Assembly: GCA_045544615.1 (NCBI GenBank)
Contig: JAZPZI010000039.1
Location: 29,046 to 93,045, forward strand
Length of the DNA: 64,000 nucleotides
Direction of reading: 5' to 3'
From: Clostridia bacterium
Lineage (GTDB): Bacteria > Bacillota > Clostridia > UBA1381
The position numbers and the translations under genes are program-made. Every line of letters begins with the position of its first letter. Positions within the stretch are counted from its first letter, which is position 1. Below, in pieces: positions 1 through 10,483 of this stretch. Under the pieces are notes generated by a model. The model ran no database searches, had not been told where the DNA came from, and was given only the letters and a program-made list of their open reading frames with translations.

Positions 1-513
1 ATGCTTGTAAAGTCACCTGTACTGTTGGAAAAGAGACTGAAAAGCAGGGAAGAGCGAGGCAGGCAAAAGGGAGTTATTGCTATTAGCGCACTGATGTTTT
101 TTGCAGGGTTTGTCACCTCGGGTCTGAACTTCAGGTTTTCCTGGCACAGCTTGCCCGACTGGGTATCATATACTGCGACGGGAGTTTTTCTGGTATCGTA
201 TATCTTTTATGCAGAGGTATTGAGAGAAAACGAGTATCTCTTGCGGACAATAGAGGTAAGCACTGACCAGAGGGTGATTGATTCGGGATTGTACGGAATA
301 GTCCGTCATCCGATGTATGCAACAACAATACCGTTGTTTTTGTCGATGCCGTTGATACTCGGCTCGTGGCTGGGATTTTTGGTGTTTCTCATCTATCCTG
401 TGGTGATTGTAATCAGGATTATTGACGAAGAAAAGCTATTGGAAGCAGAGCTTGAGGGATACAGAGAATATAAGGAAAAGGTAAGATACAGGTTGATACC
501 ATTTATCTGGTAA
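1..513 (+). CDS. Isoprenylcysteine carboxyl methyltransferase (ICMT/PEMT-like) family membrane methyltransferase, possibly 5'-truncated at the window edge
   Basis: Multi-TM ORF. The C-terminal half carries RHPMY...EEKLLEAELEGYREYKEKVRYRLIPFIW, typical of ICMT/phospholipid methyltransferase family proteins. A terminator follows. Confidence 0.6.
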   Translation: MLVKSPVLLEKRLKSREERGRQKGVIAISALMFFAGFVTSGLNFRFSWHSLPDWVSYTATGVFLVSYIFYAEVLRENEYLLRTIEVSTDQRVIDSGLYGIVRHPMYATTIPLFLSMPLILGSWLGFLVFLIYPVVIVIRIIDEEKLLEAELEGYREYKEKVRYRLIPFIW

Positions 514-544
514 TGCTGAACTGACATATTTGACGCAGAGCATA

Positions 545-576
545 AAAAAGGAACTCTTTTTGAAGTTCCTTTTTTA
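545..576. terminator. Rho-independent terminator after the methyltransferase gene
   Basis: AGGAACT/AGTTCCT stem (549-555 / 564-570) flanked by an A-run and a T-run. Confidence 0.6.
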
Positions 577-578
577 TT

Positions 579-655
579 ACGAACAAACCGAACCGCTCGG
601 CGTACTCCTGTACGCCTTCGGGCAAGCAAAATATGTTCGTTTTGTCCGTTCTGCA
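579..655 (+). repeat. Partial copy of the C-family structured repeat (core with CGGCGTAC-tcct-GTACGCC hairpin)
   Basis: gaacaaaccgaaccgctcggcgtactcctgtacgccttcgggcaagc aligns with the core of the elements at 59375-59422 and 60330-60378 (reverse strand). About three quarters of positions match by eye. Confidence 0.5.
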
Positions 656-714
656 TCCAAATCTGTCAGTTCAGGTGTTGGTGTATTTGGCGCAGAGAGC
701 CAGAGAAAACTGTA

Positions 715-742
715 GGGAAGGGGCTTGCTCCTCCCGTTTTTT
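715..742 (+). terminator. Terminator-like hairpin plus T6 inside a non-coding gap
   Basis: GGGAAGG..CCTCCC stem with one mismatch, followed by gtttttt. No upstream CDS on this strand ends near it. Confidence 0.4.
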
Positions 743-808
743 ATTGTTTAAAATATGTGCCACTTTTCGCCAATAAAAATTGGTGAAAAGCCGCCAAGAG
801 GGACCTTC

Positions 809-858
809 GGCTCCCTTGTGCAAAGGGAGCTGTCGAGCTATGCGAGACTGAGGGATTG
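809..858 (-). repeat. E-family ~50 bp double-hairpin repeat (copy a, reverse orientation)
   Basis: The reverse complement caatccctcagtc..gacagctccctttgcacaagggagcc matches 51510-51557, apart from the first hairpin loop region. Confidence 0.6.
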
Positions 859-1030
859 TTGATAATAAGTACAACCTTTCCGCCACACTTCGTGTGCCAC
901 CTTCCCTTACACAGGGAAGGCTTTTGATATTATACTTTTTTGTGGCGGACATTTTTGTGGAACGATTCACGAAGCGGAATGGATAAATCCATTCCCTACC
1001 TTTTTATTTCATCCGAGCAAAAGCACAACA

Positions 1031-1065
1031 AAAAAGGATTATTCCAACCGGAATAATCCTTTTTA
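1031..1065 (-). terminator. Terminator downstream of rpoC
   Basis: Perfect AAGGATTATTCC / GGAATAATCCTT stem with a 4-nt loop, flanked by A/T runs, 11 nt after the rpoC stop. Confidence 0.7.
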
Positions 1066-1075
1066 TTATTGCCTA

Positions 1076-4000
1076 TTAGTTTTCGTCAACTTCCACGCCG
1101 TCAACGGTAATTCCAACATCTTTATAAAGATTCATACCTGTTCCGGCAGGGATAAGCTTACCGATGATAACGTTTTCCTTGAGGCCCATCAATGTATCAA
1201 CCTTACCCTTGATTGCGGCATCTGTGAGAACCTTTGTGGTTTCCTGGAATGATGCAGCTGACAAGAATGAGTCGGTAGCAAGGGAAGCCTTTGTGATACC
1301 AAGGAGTACAGGTGAAGCAGTAGCGTGTGCACCGCCGATTGCATCAACCTTTTCGTTTGCTTCTTCAAGCTCGAACTTGTCGATAAGTGAGCCAATCAAC
1401 AAATCAGTATCTCCGGCTTCGTCAACCTTAACTTTTCTGAGCATCTGACGGGTAATAACCTCAACGTGCTTATCGTTGATGTCAACACCCTGCATACGGT
1501 AAGTTCTCTGAACTTCACGAGTGATATATACCTGAACTGCGTGAGGTCCCTTAACGTGGAGAATATCGTTCGGGTTAACAGAACCTACTGTGAGTTCTGC
1601 ACCGTCTTCAACAACATCGCCTGTCTGTACCTTGATAGTTGAACCGTAAGGGATAACATAGGTCTTTGCCTCGCCGAGTTCGTCGTTTGTAACGATAACT
1701 TCACGGTTTTTCTTGGTCTCGTTAACGGTAACTGTACCGCAGATTTCCGAGATGATTGCAAGACCCTTTGGCTTTCTTGCTTCAAACAATTCCTCAACAC
1801 GAGGGAGACCCTGTGTAACGTCGGTACCGCCTGCAACACCGCCGGCATGGAAAGTACGCATTGTAAGCTGTGTACCAGGTTCACCGATTGACTGTGCAGC
1901 GATGATACCAACTGCTTCGCCGACATTTACAAGCTCGCCTGTTGCAAGGTTTGTACCATAACACTTCGAGCAGACACCAACCTTAGATTTACAGGTAAGA
2001 ACGCTTCTTATGCAAACCTTCTTGATGCCGAGGTTTATAATCTTGTTAGCCTGATTATCGTTAATCATATCGCCTGCGTAAACGATAACTGAATCTGATT
2101 CAGGATCAACAACATTTTCCTTTGCGATACGGCCGAGGATTCTGTCGTGCAATGGCTCGATGATTTCCTTACCGTCTGTGATTTCAGAAACCCATTCGCC
2201 CTCATCGGTGCCACAGTCGATTTCACGAACGATTACATCCTGTGCAACGTCAACAAGACGACGTGTGAGGTAACCTGAGTCGGCTGTACGAAGAGCGGTA
2301 TCTGTAAGACCCTTTCTCGCACCGTGTGATGAAATGAAGTATTCCAAAACGTTCAAGCCTTCACGGAAGTTAGCACGGATTGGGATTTCAACGGCACGAC
2401 CCTGAGTATCCGCCATAAGACCACGCATACCTGCGAGCTGACGAATCTGGTTAACGCTACCACGGGCACCTGAATCAGCCATCATATAGATTGGGTTGAA
2501 CTGATCCATGTTTTCCATCATGGCATCTGTTACGAGGTTTGTTGTGTCACCCCATACCTTGATTACTTCGTTATATCTTTCCTCCGAAGTCAAAAGACCA
2601 CGACGGAACTTCTTTGTGATGTTATCAACCTTCTGTTCTGCTTCGGCGAGGATTTCCTTCTTCTTTTCAGGAACTTCGATATCCGAAACCGCAACAGTGA
2701 TTGCACCTCTTGTTGAGTACTTGTAGCCTGTTTCCTTGATAAGGTCAAGAACTTCGGCTGTCTTGGTTGTGCCGTGAACACGGATACAACGGTCGATAAT
2801 CTTACCCAACTGCTTCTTGCCTACGATAAAGTTGATTTCAAGATCACAGATAGTATCAGGATTCTTTCTGTCAACATAGCCGAGGCTCTGTGGAATATTT
2901 TCATTGAATATAATTCTGCCGACAGTAGCATCTACCATCTTTGAATAGTGCTCGCCACGAACTTCCTTCTCGACAAGTACACGAATCGGAGTGTGAAGTC
3001 CGAGTTCGTTGTTTGCATATGCAAGCAATGCTTCATCAGGTGAGATATATGAGTGTGGCTGCCATTCAACACTCTGGTCACGGTCCGGGTAATCCTTACC
3101 GCCGAGCTCGTCGTCCTTTACAAGTGTCAGATAGTAACTACCGAGAATCATATCCTGTGTAGGAACTGTAACAGGGTGACCGTCCTGTGGCTTCAAGAGG
3201 TTGTTTGCAGAGAGCATAAGGAATCTTGCTTCTGCCTGTGCCTCCGGTGATAACGGTACATGGACAGCCATCTGGTCACCGTCGAAGTCGGCGTTATAAG
3301 CTGTACATACCAATGGATGCAGCTTCAATGCACGGCCTTCAACAAGCTTTGGCTCGAATGCCTGAATACCGAGTCTGTGAAGTGTAGGAGCACGGTTCAG
3401 GAGTACCGGATGTTCCTTGATAACATCTTCGAGGACTTCCCATACTTCCGGCTTTACCTTTTCTACCATTCTCTTGGCATTCTTGATATTCTGTGCGATA
3501 CCTCTTGATACAAGCTCCTTCATTACGAATGGCTTGAAGAGTTCGATTGCCATTTCCTTTGGCAGACCGCACTGATAAATCTTCATTTCAGGACCAACAA
3601 CGATAACCGAACGACCTGAATAGTCAACACGCTTACCCAAGAGGTTTTGTCTGAATCGACCCTGCTTACCCTTTAAGAGGTCAGAGAGTGACTTCAATGC
3701 ACGATTTCCGGGGCCTGTAACTGTACGACCACGTCTGCCGTTATTGATAAGAGCATCAACTGCTTCCTGGAGCATTCTCTTTTCGTTTCTGATAATCAAA
3801 TCAGGAGCACCGAGGTCGAGGAGACGCTGAAGTCTGTTGTTACGGTTGATAACACGTCTGTAGAGATCGTTCAAGTCACTTGTTGCGAATCTTCCGCCGT
3901 CTAACTGTACCATAGGACGCAAATCCGGTGGAATAACAGGCATAACAGAGAGAATCATCCATTCAGGACGGTTGCCTGACTTTCTGAATGCTTCTACGAT

Positions 4001-4633
4001 TTCAAGACGCTTGATAATTCTTGTTTTCTTCTGACCCTGTGCACCCTCGAGTTCAGCTTTCAAGCTTGCTGAGAGTTCTTCGAGGTCGATTTCTTCGAGC
4101 AAGTCACGGATAGCTTCAGCTCCCATGCCTGCTGTGAATTTTTCACCGTACTTTTCGTAAGCATCACGGTATTCACGCTCGCTTAAGATCTGATACTTCA
4201 TAAGCTCGGTCTTACCCGGGTCTGTTACGATATATGATGCAAAATAGAGTACCTTTTCAAGGTGTCTTGGCGAGATGTCGAGCATCAGGCCCATTGATGA
4301 AGGAACACCCTTGAAATACCAGATATGTGAAACAGGTGTTGCAAGCTCGATGTGACCCATACGCTCACGACGAACTTTAGATTTTGTAACCTCAACGCCA
4401 CAACGTTCACATACAATACCCTTGTGTCTGATCTTTTTATACTTTCCGCAGTGACATTCCCAGTCCTTTGTAGGTCCGAAAATCTTTTCGCAGAACAAAC
4501 CGTCACGTTCCGGCTTTAGTGTACGATAGTTAATTGTTTCGGGCTTCTTTACTTCGCCGTGTGACCAGCCTCTGATAGTTTCGGGAGAGGCCAAACCGAT
4601 TTTTATTGCTTCAAAGCTATTAAATTCTAACAT
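1076..4633 (-). CDS. rpoC: DNA-directed RNA polymerase subunit beta'
   Basis: 1185 aa. N-terminal zinc-binding [14 protein letters not shown], catalytic NADFDGD motif, directly downstream of rpoB. Confidence 0.98.
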   Translation of the reverse strand: MLEFNSFEAIKIGLASPETIRGWSHGEVKKPETINYRTLKPERDGLFCEKIFGPTKDWECHCGKYKKIRHKGIVCERCGVEVTKSKVRRERMGHIELATPVSHIWYFKGVPSSMGLMLDISPRHLEKVLYFASYIVTDPGKTELMKYQILSEREYRDAYEKYGEKFTAGMGAEAIRDLLEEIDLEELSASLKAELEGAQGQKKTRIIKRLEIVEAFRKSGNRPEWMILSVMPVIPPDLRPMVQLDGGRFATSDLNDLYRRVINRNNRLQRLLDLGAPDLIIRNEKRMLQEAVDALINNGRRGRTVTGPGNRALKSLSDLLKGKQGRFRQNLLGKRVDYSGRSVIVVGPEMKIYQCGLPKEMAIELFKPFVMKELVSRGIAQNIKNAKRMVEKVKPEVWEVLEDVIKEHPVLLNRAPTLHRLGIQAFEPKLVEGRALKLHPLVCTAYNADFDGDQMAVHVPLSPEAQAEARFLMLSANNLLKPQDGHPVTVPTQDMILGSYYLTLVKDDELGGKDYPDRDQSVEWQPHSYISPDEALLAYANNELGLHTPIRVLVEKEVRGEHYSKMVDATVGRIIFNENIPQSLGYVDRKNPDTICDLEINFIVGKKQLGKIIDRCIRVHGTTKTAEVLDLIKETGYKYSTRGAITVAVSDIEVPEKKKEILAEAEQKVDNITKKFRRGLLTSEERYNEVIKVWGDTTNLVTDAMMENMDQFNPIYMMADSGARGSVNQIRQLAGMRGLMADTQGRAVEIPIRANFREGLNVLEYFISSHGARKGLTDTALRTADSGYLTRRLVDVAQDVIVREIDCGTDEGEWVSEITDGKEIIEPLHDRILGRIAKENVVDPESDSVIVYAGDMINDNQANKIINLGIKKVCIRSVLTCKSKVGVCSKCYGTNLATGELVNVGEAVGIIAAQSIGEPGTQLTMRTFHAGGVAGGTDVTQGLPRVEELFEARKPKGLAIISEICGTVTVNETKKNREVIVTNDELGEAKTYVIPYGSTIKVQTGDVVEDGAELTVGSVNPNDILHVKGPHAVQVYITREVQRTYRMQGVDINDKHVEVITRQMLRKVKVDEAGDTDLLIGSLIDKFELEEANEKVDAIGGAHATASPVLLGITKASLATDSFLSAASFQETTKVLTDAAIKGKVDTLMGLKENVIIGKLIPAGTGMNLYKDVGITVDGVEVDEN

Positions 4634-4648
4634 GAAAACCCTCCAATA

Positions 4649-7600
4649 TTAAAAATCGTCAACTGTGATAAAATCACTCTTGTCATCGTCGGCTTCTTCT
4701 AATGAATCATCGTAGTAATCGTCCTCGTCAGAGAAGTCATCGTCGTCAGCTTCTTCAAACATAGCATCATCCGGGAAGTCGTCAAGGCTTGCTGCCATGC
4801 CGTTTGCCTCGGACATTGTGTTTTCGAGGTCGCTTCTGTCAACAAAATCATCGTCATCGTCCATTGATGTGTCGAGGTCGATTTCGTTCATTTCACGGTC
4901 GAGAATCTTAATATCAAGACCGAGTGACTGCAATTCCTTAACCAATACCTTGAATGATTCAGGGATACCTGATTTCGGAATGTTTTCACCCTTAACGATA
5001 GCCTCATAAGTCTTAACACGTCCAACGACATCGTCAGACTTAACTGTGAGGATTTCCTGCAAGGTGTATGCAGCACCGTATGCTTCGAGTGCCCAAACTT
5101 CCATTTCACCGAAACGCTGACCGCCGAACTGGGCTTTACCGCCGAGTGGCTGCTGTGTAACGAGTGAGTATGGACCTGTTGAACGGGCATGAATCTTATC
5201 GTCAACCAAGTGGTCGAGCTTCAGGTAGTACATGACACCGACTGTAACAGGGTTATCGAATCTCTCACCTGTTCTTCCGTCATATACATATGACTTGAAG
5301 TCAGGGCTGAGGCCTGCCTTTTCAAAGGCTTCCTTGAGGTCTTCATCCTGTGCACCGTCGAATACCGGTGTAGCAATCTTTATTGCTTCGCCCAACTGTT
5401 CGCCGAGCTTTCTGTATGCATAACCCAAGTGCATTTCAAGTACCTGACCGATGTTCATACGTGAAGGTACGCCCAATGGGTTCAATACGATCTGGAGCGG
5501 TGTACCGTCTTCGAGGAATGGCATATCTTCCTGAGGCAATACTCTTGATACGACTCCCTTGTTACCGTGACGGCCCGCCATCTTATCGCCGACAGAAATC
5601 TTTCTCTTCTGTGCGATATAGCAACGAACAACCTGGTTTACACCCGGTGCAAGCTCGTCGCCATTTTCACGGGTAAATACCTTAACATCGACAATGATAC
5701 CCTGTTCGCCGTGAGGAACCTTCAAAGAAGTGTCACGAACTTCACGGGCCTTTTCACCGAAGATTGCACGCAAGAGTCTTTCTTCTGCTGTGAGTTCTGT
5801 TTCACCCTTTGGTGTAACCTTACCAACAAGAATGTCGCCGGCATGAACTTCAGCGCCGATTCTGATGATACCGCCTTCGTCGAGGTCTTTCAAAGCATCT
5901 TCCGAGACATTCGGGATGTCACGGGTGATTTCTTCTGCACCCAACTTGGTATCTCTTGCTTCGCATTCGTATTCTTCTATATGAATTGATGTAAATACAT
6001 CGTGCTTAACCAATTCTTCACTGATCAATACAGCATCTTCGTAGTTGTAACCTTCCCATGTCATAAAGCCGATGAGAATGTTCTTACCGAGTGCAAGCTC
6101 ACCGTTATCCATAGCAGGACCGTCAGCGATGATGTCACCCTTTTCAACGTGCTCACCAACATCAACAATCGGGTGCTGGTTGATACAGGTTGACTGGTTT
6201 GAACGTGCAAACTTGATAAGCTTCTGATGATGCTTAACGCCTGTTGCGTCACCCTTGATTACGATTTCGTCAGCTGAAACCTTCTCAACTGTACCTGATT
6301 CCTTAGCCAGAACTGCAGAACCTGAATCCTTCGCAACCTTATATTCCATACCTGTACCTACGATAGGTGAGTCGGTAGTAAGAAGCGGAACGGCCTGACA
6401 CTGCATGTTCGAGCCCATGAGCGCACGGTTAGCGTCATCGTTTTCAAGGAACGGGATACAAGCGGTAACAACAGAAACCAACTGACGAGGAGATACGTCC
6501 ATGTAGTCGATTTCAGAGCCGGGAACTTCGAGGATTTCATCACGGAAACGTGCAGAAACCTTCTTATCTATAAACTTGCCGTCCTTGTCCAATGGCTCGT
6601 TAGCTTGTGCGATGATGAACTCATCTTCCATGTCGGCTGTCATATAAATGATTTCGTCTGTAACTACGCCTGTTTCTTTGTCAACCTTTCTGTAAGGAGC
6701 TTCAATGAAACCGTATTCGTTGATTCTTGCAAAGGTTGCCAACGATGTGATAAGACCGATGTTAGGACCTTCAGCAGTTTCGATAGGACACATTCTGCCG
6801 TAGTGTGAGTAGTGAACGTCTCGAACTTCGAAGCCTGCACGCTCTCTTGAAAGACCGCCGGGTCCGAGAGCAGAGATTCTTCTCTTATGTCTTAATTCTG
6901 CCAATGGGTTTGGCTGGTCCATGAACTGTGAAAGCTGTGATGAACCGAAGAACTCATTGATTGTAGCAATAATAGGTCTGATGTTTATGAGAGTCTGAGG
7001 AGTGATGATTTCCATATCCTGGATAGTCATTCTTTCTCTTACAACTCTTTCCATTCTTGCAAGACCGATTCTGAACTGGTTTTGCAAAAGCTCGCCTACG
7101 CTTCTCAGACGTCTGTTGCCGAGGTGGTCGATATCATCGATGCTTCCCACGCCGTTTGCGAGGTTTATAACATAGTTGATTGATGCCATCATATCATCAA
7201 CTGTGATGTGCTTTGGTGAGAGCTCATCCATTCTGTAGTTGATAAGACGCTTCAATTCGTCCTTGTCACCTTCTGCATCTTCGATAATCTTTTCGATTAC
7301 TGCACGGCAAACTCTGATGTCGGTGAGTTCGAGCTCATCAACATCAACATAGTTTGAAAGGTAGACCATGTTATTTGAAAATACCTTAACAGGTACTTCG
7401 TTTACTGTAAGCATTACTTCATTGATACCAGCACGCTCGATGAGCTCTGCCTGTTCCTTTGTAAGAACATCGCCTGCTGTTGCGATAACTTCGCCTGTTG
7501 CAGGGTCTACAGCATCTGCAAGAAGAGTTTTTCCTACTATTCTTGTTGTGAATGAAAGCTTCTTATTAAATTTATATCTTCCGACTTTAGCCAGGTCATA

Positions 7601-8389
7601 ACGCTTTGGATCAAAGAACATATTTGTTATGAGTGATTCAGCGTTATCAACATTCAAAGGCTCGCCCGGACGCAAACGCTTGTAGATTTCAAGTAAAGCT
7701 TCGTCACGGTTTGTTGTCGGGTCTTTTTCGAGTGTTGCCGAGATACGTGCATCTTCACCGAAGAGCTCTAAGATCTGGGCGTTTGTCTGACAACCCATAG
7801 CTCTCATAAGGATAGTAACAGGAATTTTTCTTGTTCTGTCTATTCTTACCGAGAACACGTCTGCAGAGTCGGTTTCATACTCGAGCCATGCGCCTCTGTA
7901 TGGAATTACTGTTGAAGTATAAAGAGGCTTACCTGTCCTGTCACGGGTAAATTCATAGTAGATACCCGGTGAACGAACCAACTGGCTGACAATAACACGC
8001 TCGGCACCGTTTATGATAAAGGTACCCTGTTCTGTCATAAGCGGGAATTCACCCATAAAGATTTCCTGCTCTTTGATTTCGCCGGTTTCGTTGTTGATAA
8101 GTCTTACCTTAACTCTAAGGGGTGCTGCATACTTTGCATCACGCTCTTTACATTCTTCAACTGAATATTTCGGATTGTAGTCCAGAGAATAATCGAAGAA
8201 CTCAAGAGTGAGATTTCCCGAGTGGTCTGTGATAGGGGAGATGTCGTGGAATACTTCACGCAAACCCTCGTCCAGGAACCATTCGTAGGATCTTTTCTGC
8301 ACCTCGATAAGGTTAGGCATCTCTAAAACTTCATTGATTTTAGAGTAGCTCAATCTGGTGTTTTTGCCCAATTGTACCTTGTGCACCAT
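4649..8389 (-). CDS. rpoB: DNA-directed RNA polymerase subunit beta, with a lineage-specific acidic C-terminal tail
   Basis: 1246 aa, collinear with bacterial RpoB throughout (e.g. [28 protein letters not shown]). Sits 15 nt upstream of rpoC. Confidence 0.98.
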   Translation of the reverse strand: MVHKVQLGKNTRLSYSKINEVLEMPNLIEVQKRSYEWFLDEGLREVFHDISPITDHSGNLTLEFFDYSLDYNPKYSVEECKERDAKYAAPLRVKVRLINNETGEIKEQEIFMGEFPLMTEQGTFIINGAERVIVSQLVRSPGIYYEFTRDRTGKPLYTSTVIPYRGAWLEYETDSADVFSVRIDRTRKIPVTILMRAMGCQTNAQILELFGEDARISATLEKDPTTNRDEALLEIYKRLRPGEPLNVDNAESLITNMFFDPKRYDLAKVGRYKFNKKLSFTTRIVGKTLLADAVDPATGEVIATAGDVLTKEQAELIERAGINEVMLTVNEVPVKVFSNNMVYLSNYVDVDELELTDIRVCRAVIEKIIEDAEGDKDELKRLINYRMDELSPKHITVDDMMASINYVINLANGVGSIDDIDHLGNRRLRSVGELLQNQFRIGLARMERVVRERMTIQDMEIITPQTLINIRPIIATINEFFGSSQLSQFMDQPNPLAELRHKRRISALGPGGLSRERAGFEVRDVHYSHYGRMCPIETAEGPNIGLITSLATFARINEYGFIEAPYRKVDKETGVVTDEIIYMTADMEDEFIIAQANEPLDKDGKFIDKKVSARFRDEILEVPGSEIDYMDVSPRQLVSVVTACIPFLENDDANRALMGSNMQCQAVPLLTTDSPIVGTGMEYKVAKDSGSAVLAKESGTVEKVSADEIVIKGDATGVKHHQKLIKFARSNQSTCINQHPIVDVGEHVEKGDIIADGPAMDNGELALGKNILIGFMTWEGYNYEDAVLISEELVKHDVFTSIHIEEYECEARDTKLGAEEITRDIPNVSEDALKDLDEGGIIRIGAEVHAGDILVGKVTPKGETELTAEERLLRAIFGEKAREVRDTSLKVPHGEQGIIVDVKVFTRENGDELAPGVNQVVRCYIAQKRKISVGDKMAGRHGNKGVVSRVLPQEDMPFLEDGTPLQIVLNPLGVPSRMNIGQVLEMHLGYAYRKLGEQLGEAIKIATPVFDGAQDEDLKEAFEKAGLSPDFKSYVYDGRTGERFDNPVTVGVMYYLKLDHLVDDKIHARSTGPYSLVTQQPLGGKAQFGGQRFGEMEVWALEAYGAAYTLQEILTVKSDDVVGRVKTYEAIVKGENIPKSGIPESFKVLVKELQSLGLDIKILDREMNEIDLDTSMDDDDDFVDRSDLENTMSEANGMAASLDDFPDDAMFEEADDDDFSDEDDYYDDSLEEADDDKSDFITVDDF

Positions 8390-8544
8390 TCAATAATCAC
8401 CTCGTTAAAAATTTTCCGTATTAAAATGTAAAAACAAGCTTGAAAATAAATTTTGTTTTGGCACTTGATTTTTGGTTTTTTATGTGCTATAATTCGAATT
8501 ACGGCGGATAAAAAGCCCATTTTAATACTATTATACAATAGTTT

Positions 8545-8573
8545 ATGATATCATACAATTTCAAGCCTGTCAA
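8545..8573 (-). promoter_or_regulatory. Sigma-A type promoter for rpoBC
   Basis: On the minus strand: TTGACA, 17 nt spacer, TGaTATCAT (extended -10). Lies about 155 nt upstream of the rpoB start. Confidence 0.55.
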
Positions 8574-8641
8574 GAGCGATTTTGAAATTTTTTTGAAAAA
8601 TATGGTAATTTTTATATAAATGTTTAGGAAGGAAGAGAAGA

Positions 8642-9571
8642 ATGTCCGAATTTTTATTGGAGCATAAGTATGTGCAGGTGCCGGTAGAGTTCATTGAGAA
8701 GTATCTCGTTGAGGCAAACGGTGCGTATGTTAAGGTCTACCTTTACATATTAAATCTTGCAGAACAGGCAAAACCTATGCAGAATGCCGAAATTGCAGAA
8801 AAACTCAGCCTTATCGAGAGCGATGTAATCCACGCACTTGATTACTGGAAAAATCTCGGTGTTATTAAAGAAGTAAACGGGAAAATCATTATCGGCTCGG
8901 GCGAGGGCGAAATAACACCTCCGGCAGAGCTTGAGAATAATGAAGGATACAGAGTTGCCGAGGAGGTCAAGCAAAACCACGCCCTCTATGATATGATGCA
9001 GCTTGCACAGGAGATTTTCGGAAGAATCCTGAGCAACTCGGAAATGGAAACACTCTACTGGTTCTATGATGAACTCCATTTTTCGCCCGAGGCAATTCTT
9101 CTGTTGCTTGAGTTCTGTGTATCAAAGGGCAAAAACAGCATGAAGTATATCGAGAAAGTAGCACTTGCATGGAGTGAGCGGGGTGCAACCGAGGCGGACA
9201 AGGTATATGAGATAATAAAGGAAGACGAGCAGAAAAACGGTTACCTTTATTCTATAAGAAAGGTTATGGGAATACTAGACAGAAACCTGAGCCAGAGCGA
9301 GGAACAGTTCCTGCTTAAATGGCGTAATGAAAAGGGTATGAGCGAGGAGATGGTAGCTCTTGCTTATGAGTATTGCATAATCCAGACTGCAAAGCTTTCC
9401 TTCCCGTATATGGATAAGATTATCGAGAGATGGTTCAAAGAGGGAATATCAGACATCGTTGCTGCCGAGGAGGACAACAAGAAGTTCAAGGCAAAATCTG
9501 CACCGAAAAAGGAAGAGTCGACCGACTATACCGACCTTGAGAACCTTACAAGAAAGAGAAATAATGAATAA
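8642..9571 (+). CDS. DnaD/DnaB_2-domain replication initiation and helicase-loading protein
   Basis: 309 aa with two DnaB_2-type repeats (EMETLYWFYDELHFSPEAILLLLEFC.. and EEQFLLKWRNEKGMSEEMVALAYEYC..YMDKIIERW). Good RBS (ggaagga). Confidence 0.8.
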   Translation: MSEFLLEHKYVQVPVEFIEKYLVEANGAYVKVYLYILNLAEQAKPMQNAEIAEKLSLIESDVIHALDYWKNLGVIKEVNGKIIIGSGEGEITPPAELENNEGYRVAEEVKQNHALYDMMQLAQEIFGRILSNSEMETLYWFYDELHFSPEAILLLLEFCVSKGKNSMKYIEKVALAWSERGATEADKVYEIIKEDEQKNGYLYSIRKVMGILDRNLSQSEEQFLLKWRNEKGMSEEMVALAYEYCIIQTAKLSFPYMDKIIERWFKEGISDIVAAEEDNKKFKAKSAPKKEESTDYTDLENLTRKRNNE

Positions 9572-9588
9572 TAATGGGTAATAAGAAA

Positions 9589-9610
9589 AACGGATTCTTT
9601 CGAATCCGTT
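9589..9610. terminator. Hairpin terminator between dnaD and the repeat element, stronger in the minus direction
   Basis: AACGGATTC-tttc-GAATCCGTT. The minus-strand reading is followed by TTTTT; the plus-strand reading has only a short T tract. Confidence 0.5.
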
Positions 9611-9667
9611 TCAGGATGTTGAAAAAGTCGTTCTAACGCAAGCAAAGTCGAGAATACAATTTAAAAA

Positions 9668-9770
9668 TCAAACAAAAAAATGGCGAGGAATTCCTTGGGG
9701 GTTTCTCGCCATTGCTTGCTTTTTGCCAATTTAATTTCTACCGTACCGATGTACGCCGACGAAATCAAAT
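9668..9770 (-). ncRNA. Candidate ~100 nt small RNA (copy A); ends are predicted, not mapped
   Basis: A promoter at 9777-9806 precedes a 46-nt hairpin (9727-9772), an A-rich linker, and a 9-bp GC-containing hairpin (9679-9713) followed by T7 on the minus strand. No conserved ORF is shared with copy B. Confidence 0.4.
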
Positions 9771-9776
9771 TGACAA

Positions 9777-9806
9777 AATATAACTTCCTTTTTCAAATCC
9801 TGTCAA
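9777..9806 (-). promoter_or_regulatory. Sigma-A type promoter for the candidate sRNA
   Basis: Minus strand: TTGACA (9806-9801), 18 nt spacer, TATATT (9782-9777). Confidence 0.45.
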
Positions 9807-9903
9807 GTTGACGGAGATTTTGCGGCTTTTCAGGCAATCTCACGAATCGCCCGTTTTTGGAAATGTTTTTTATGGGATGGCGTCCCCGACATCCCGTAAA
9901 AAT

Positions 9904-9930
9904 GCAAAAAGGAAGAGAAACCTCTTCCTT
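9904..9930 (-). terminator. Terminator of the ECF S-component gene
   Basis: AAGGAAGAG-aaac-CTCTTCCTT overlapping the stop codon, followed by T5 on the minus strand. Confidence 0.6.
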
Positions 9931-10447
9931 ACATTATTTTCTTCTGTATCTTTTTTACAAGACCTGCCTTTTCAAGAATACGGATAAGCACAACCGAGCT
10001 TACAAGACCGAGAATTGCCTGCATAAAATTCCCCGGTAAGCCTGCAACCGATGCGGTAAAGCTTTTTAAGAGGATGCAGGACACGCCGAAGTATCCGAAA
10101 ACCATCAAAAGCTCGGCGGCAAGTGCGCCTGTTATGTAGCCTGTGAATTTTCTTTTTGCAAATGCTCTCATTATGAGTGCCGAAAGCGTTGCCATAGCAC
10201 CTTTTATGATAAATGTCGGGAGTGCATAAACTGCATAGCCTGTTATGATGTCGGCAAGAGCAGACCCGATTCCTGCGGATAAAAATCCCCACAAAGGCCC
10301 TAAAAGCCAGCCTGATATAAGCACAAAGCAATCGCCGAGATTCAGATACCCGTCGCTTGATAGCTTTATCTGAATAATCATTGTCGAAACGCATACAAAT
10401 GCTGTGAGGATTGACGAAAATGTCAATCGTGCGGTATTTTTGTTCAT
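9929..10447 (-). CDS. ECF transporter S component (substrate unknown)
   Basis: 172 aa, 5-6 TM segments. Motif LGDCFVLISGWLLGP..GIGSALADIITGY is typical of ECF S components. No A/T components lie nearby. Confidence 0.65.
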   Translation of the reverse strand: MNKNTARLTFSSILTAFVCVSTMIIQIKLSSDGYLNLGDCFVLISGWLLGPLWGFLSAGIGSALADIITGYAVYALPTFIIKGAMATLSALIMRAFAKRKFTGYITGALAAELLMVFGYFGVSCILLKSFTASVAGLPGNFMQAILGLVSSVVLIRILEKAGLVKKIQKKIM

Positions 10448-10483
10448 AATAAATCATCTCCCCGGAAGTTGGACTTTAGTCTA

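Larger units (their letters stand above)
9621..9806 (-). repeat. A/B-family ~180 bp structured element, copy A
   Basis: The reverse complement aligns end to end with 33791-33961: promoter-like region, long hairpin, linker caaaaagcaag, terminator hairpin, and tail tgcttgcgNtagaacgactttttc. Confidence 0.75.

Noticed and set aside
530-970. 61-aa plus-strand and 99-aa minus-strand ORFs in the gap downstream of rpoC
   Set aside because: They are composed of translated repeat hairpins (the E-family and GTAC elements recur elsewhere in non-coding contexts), and neither has an RBS.
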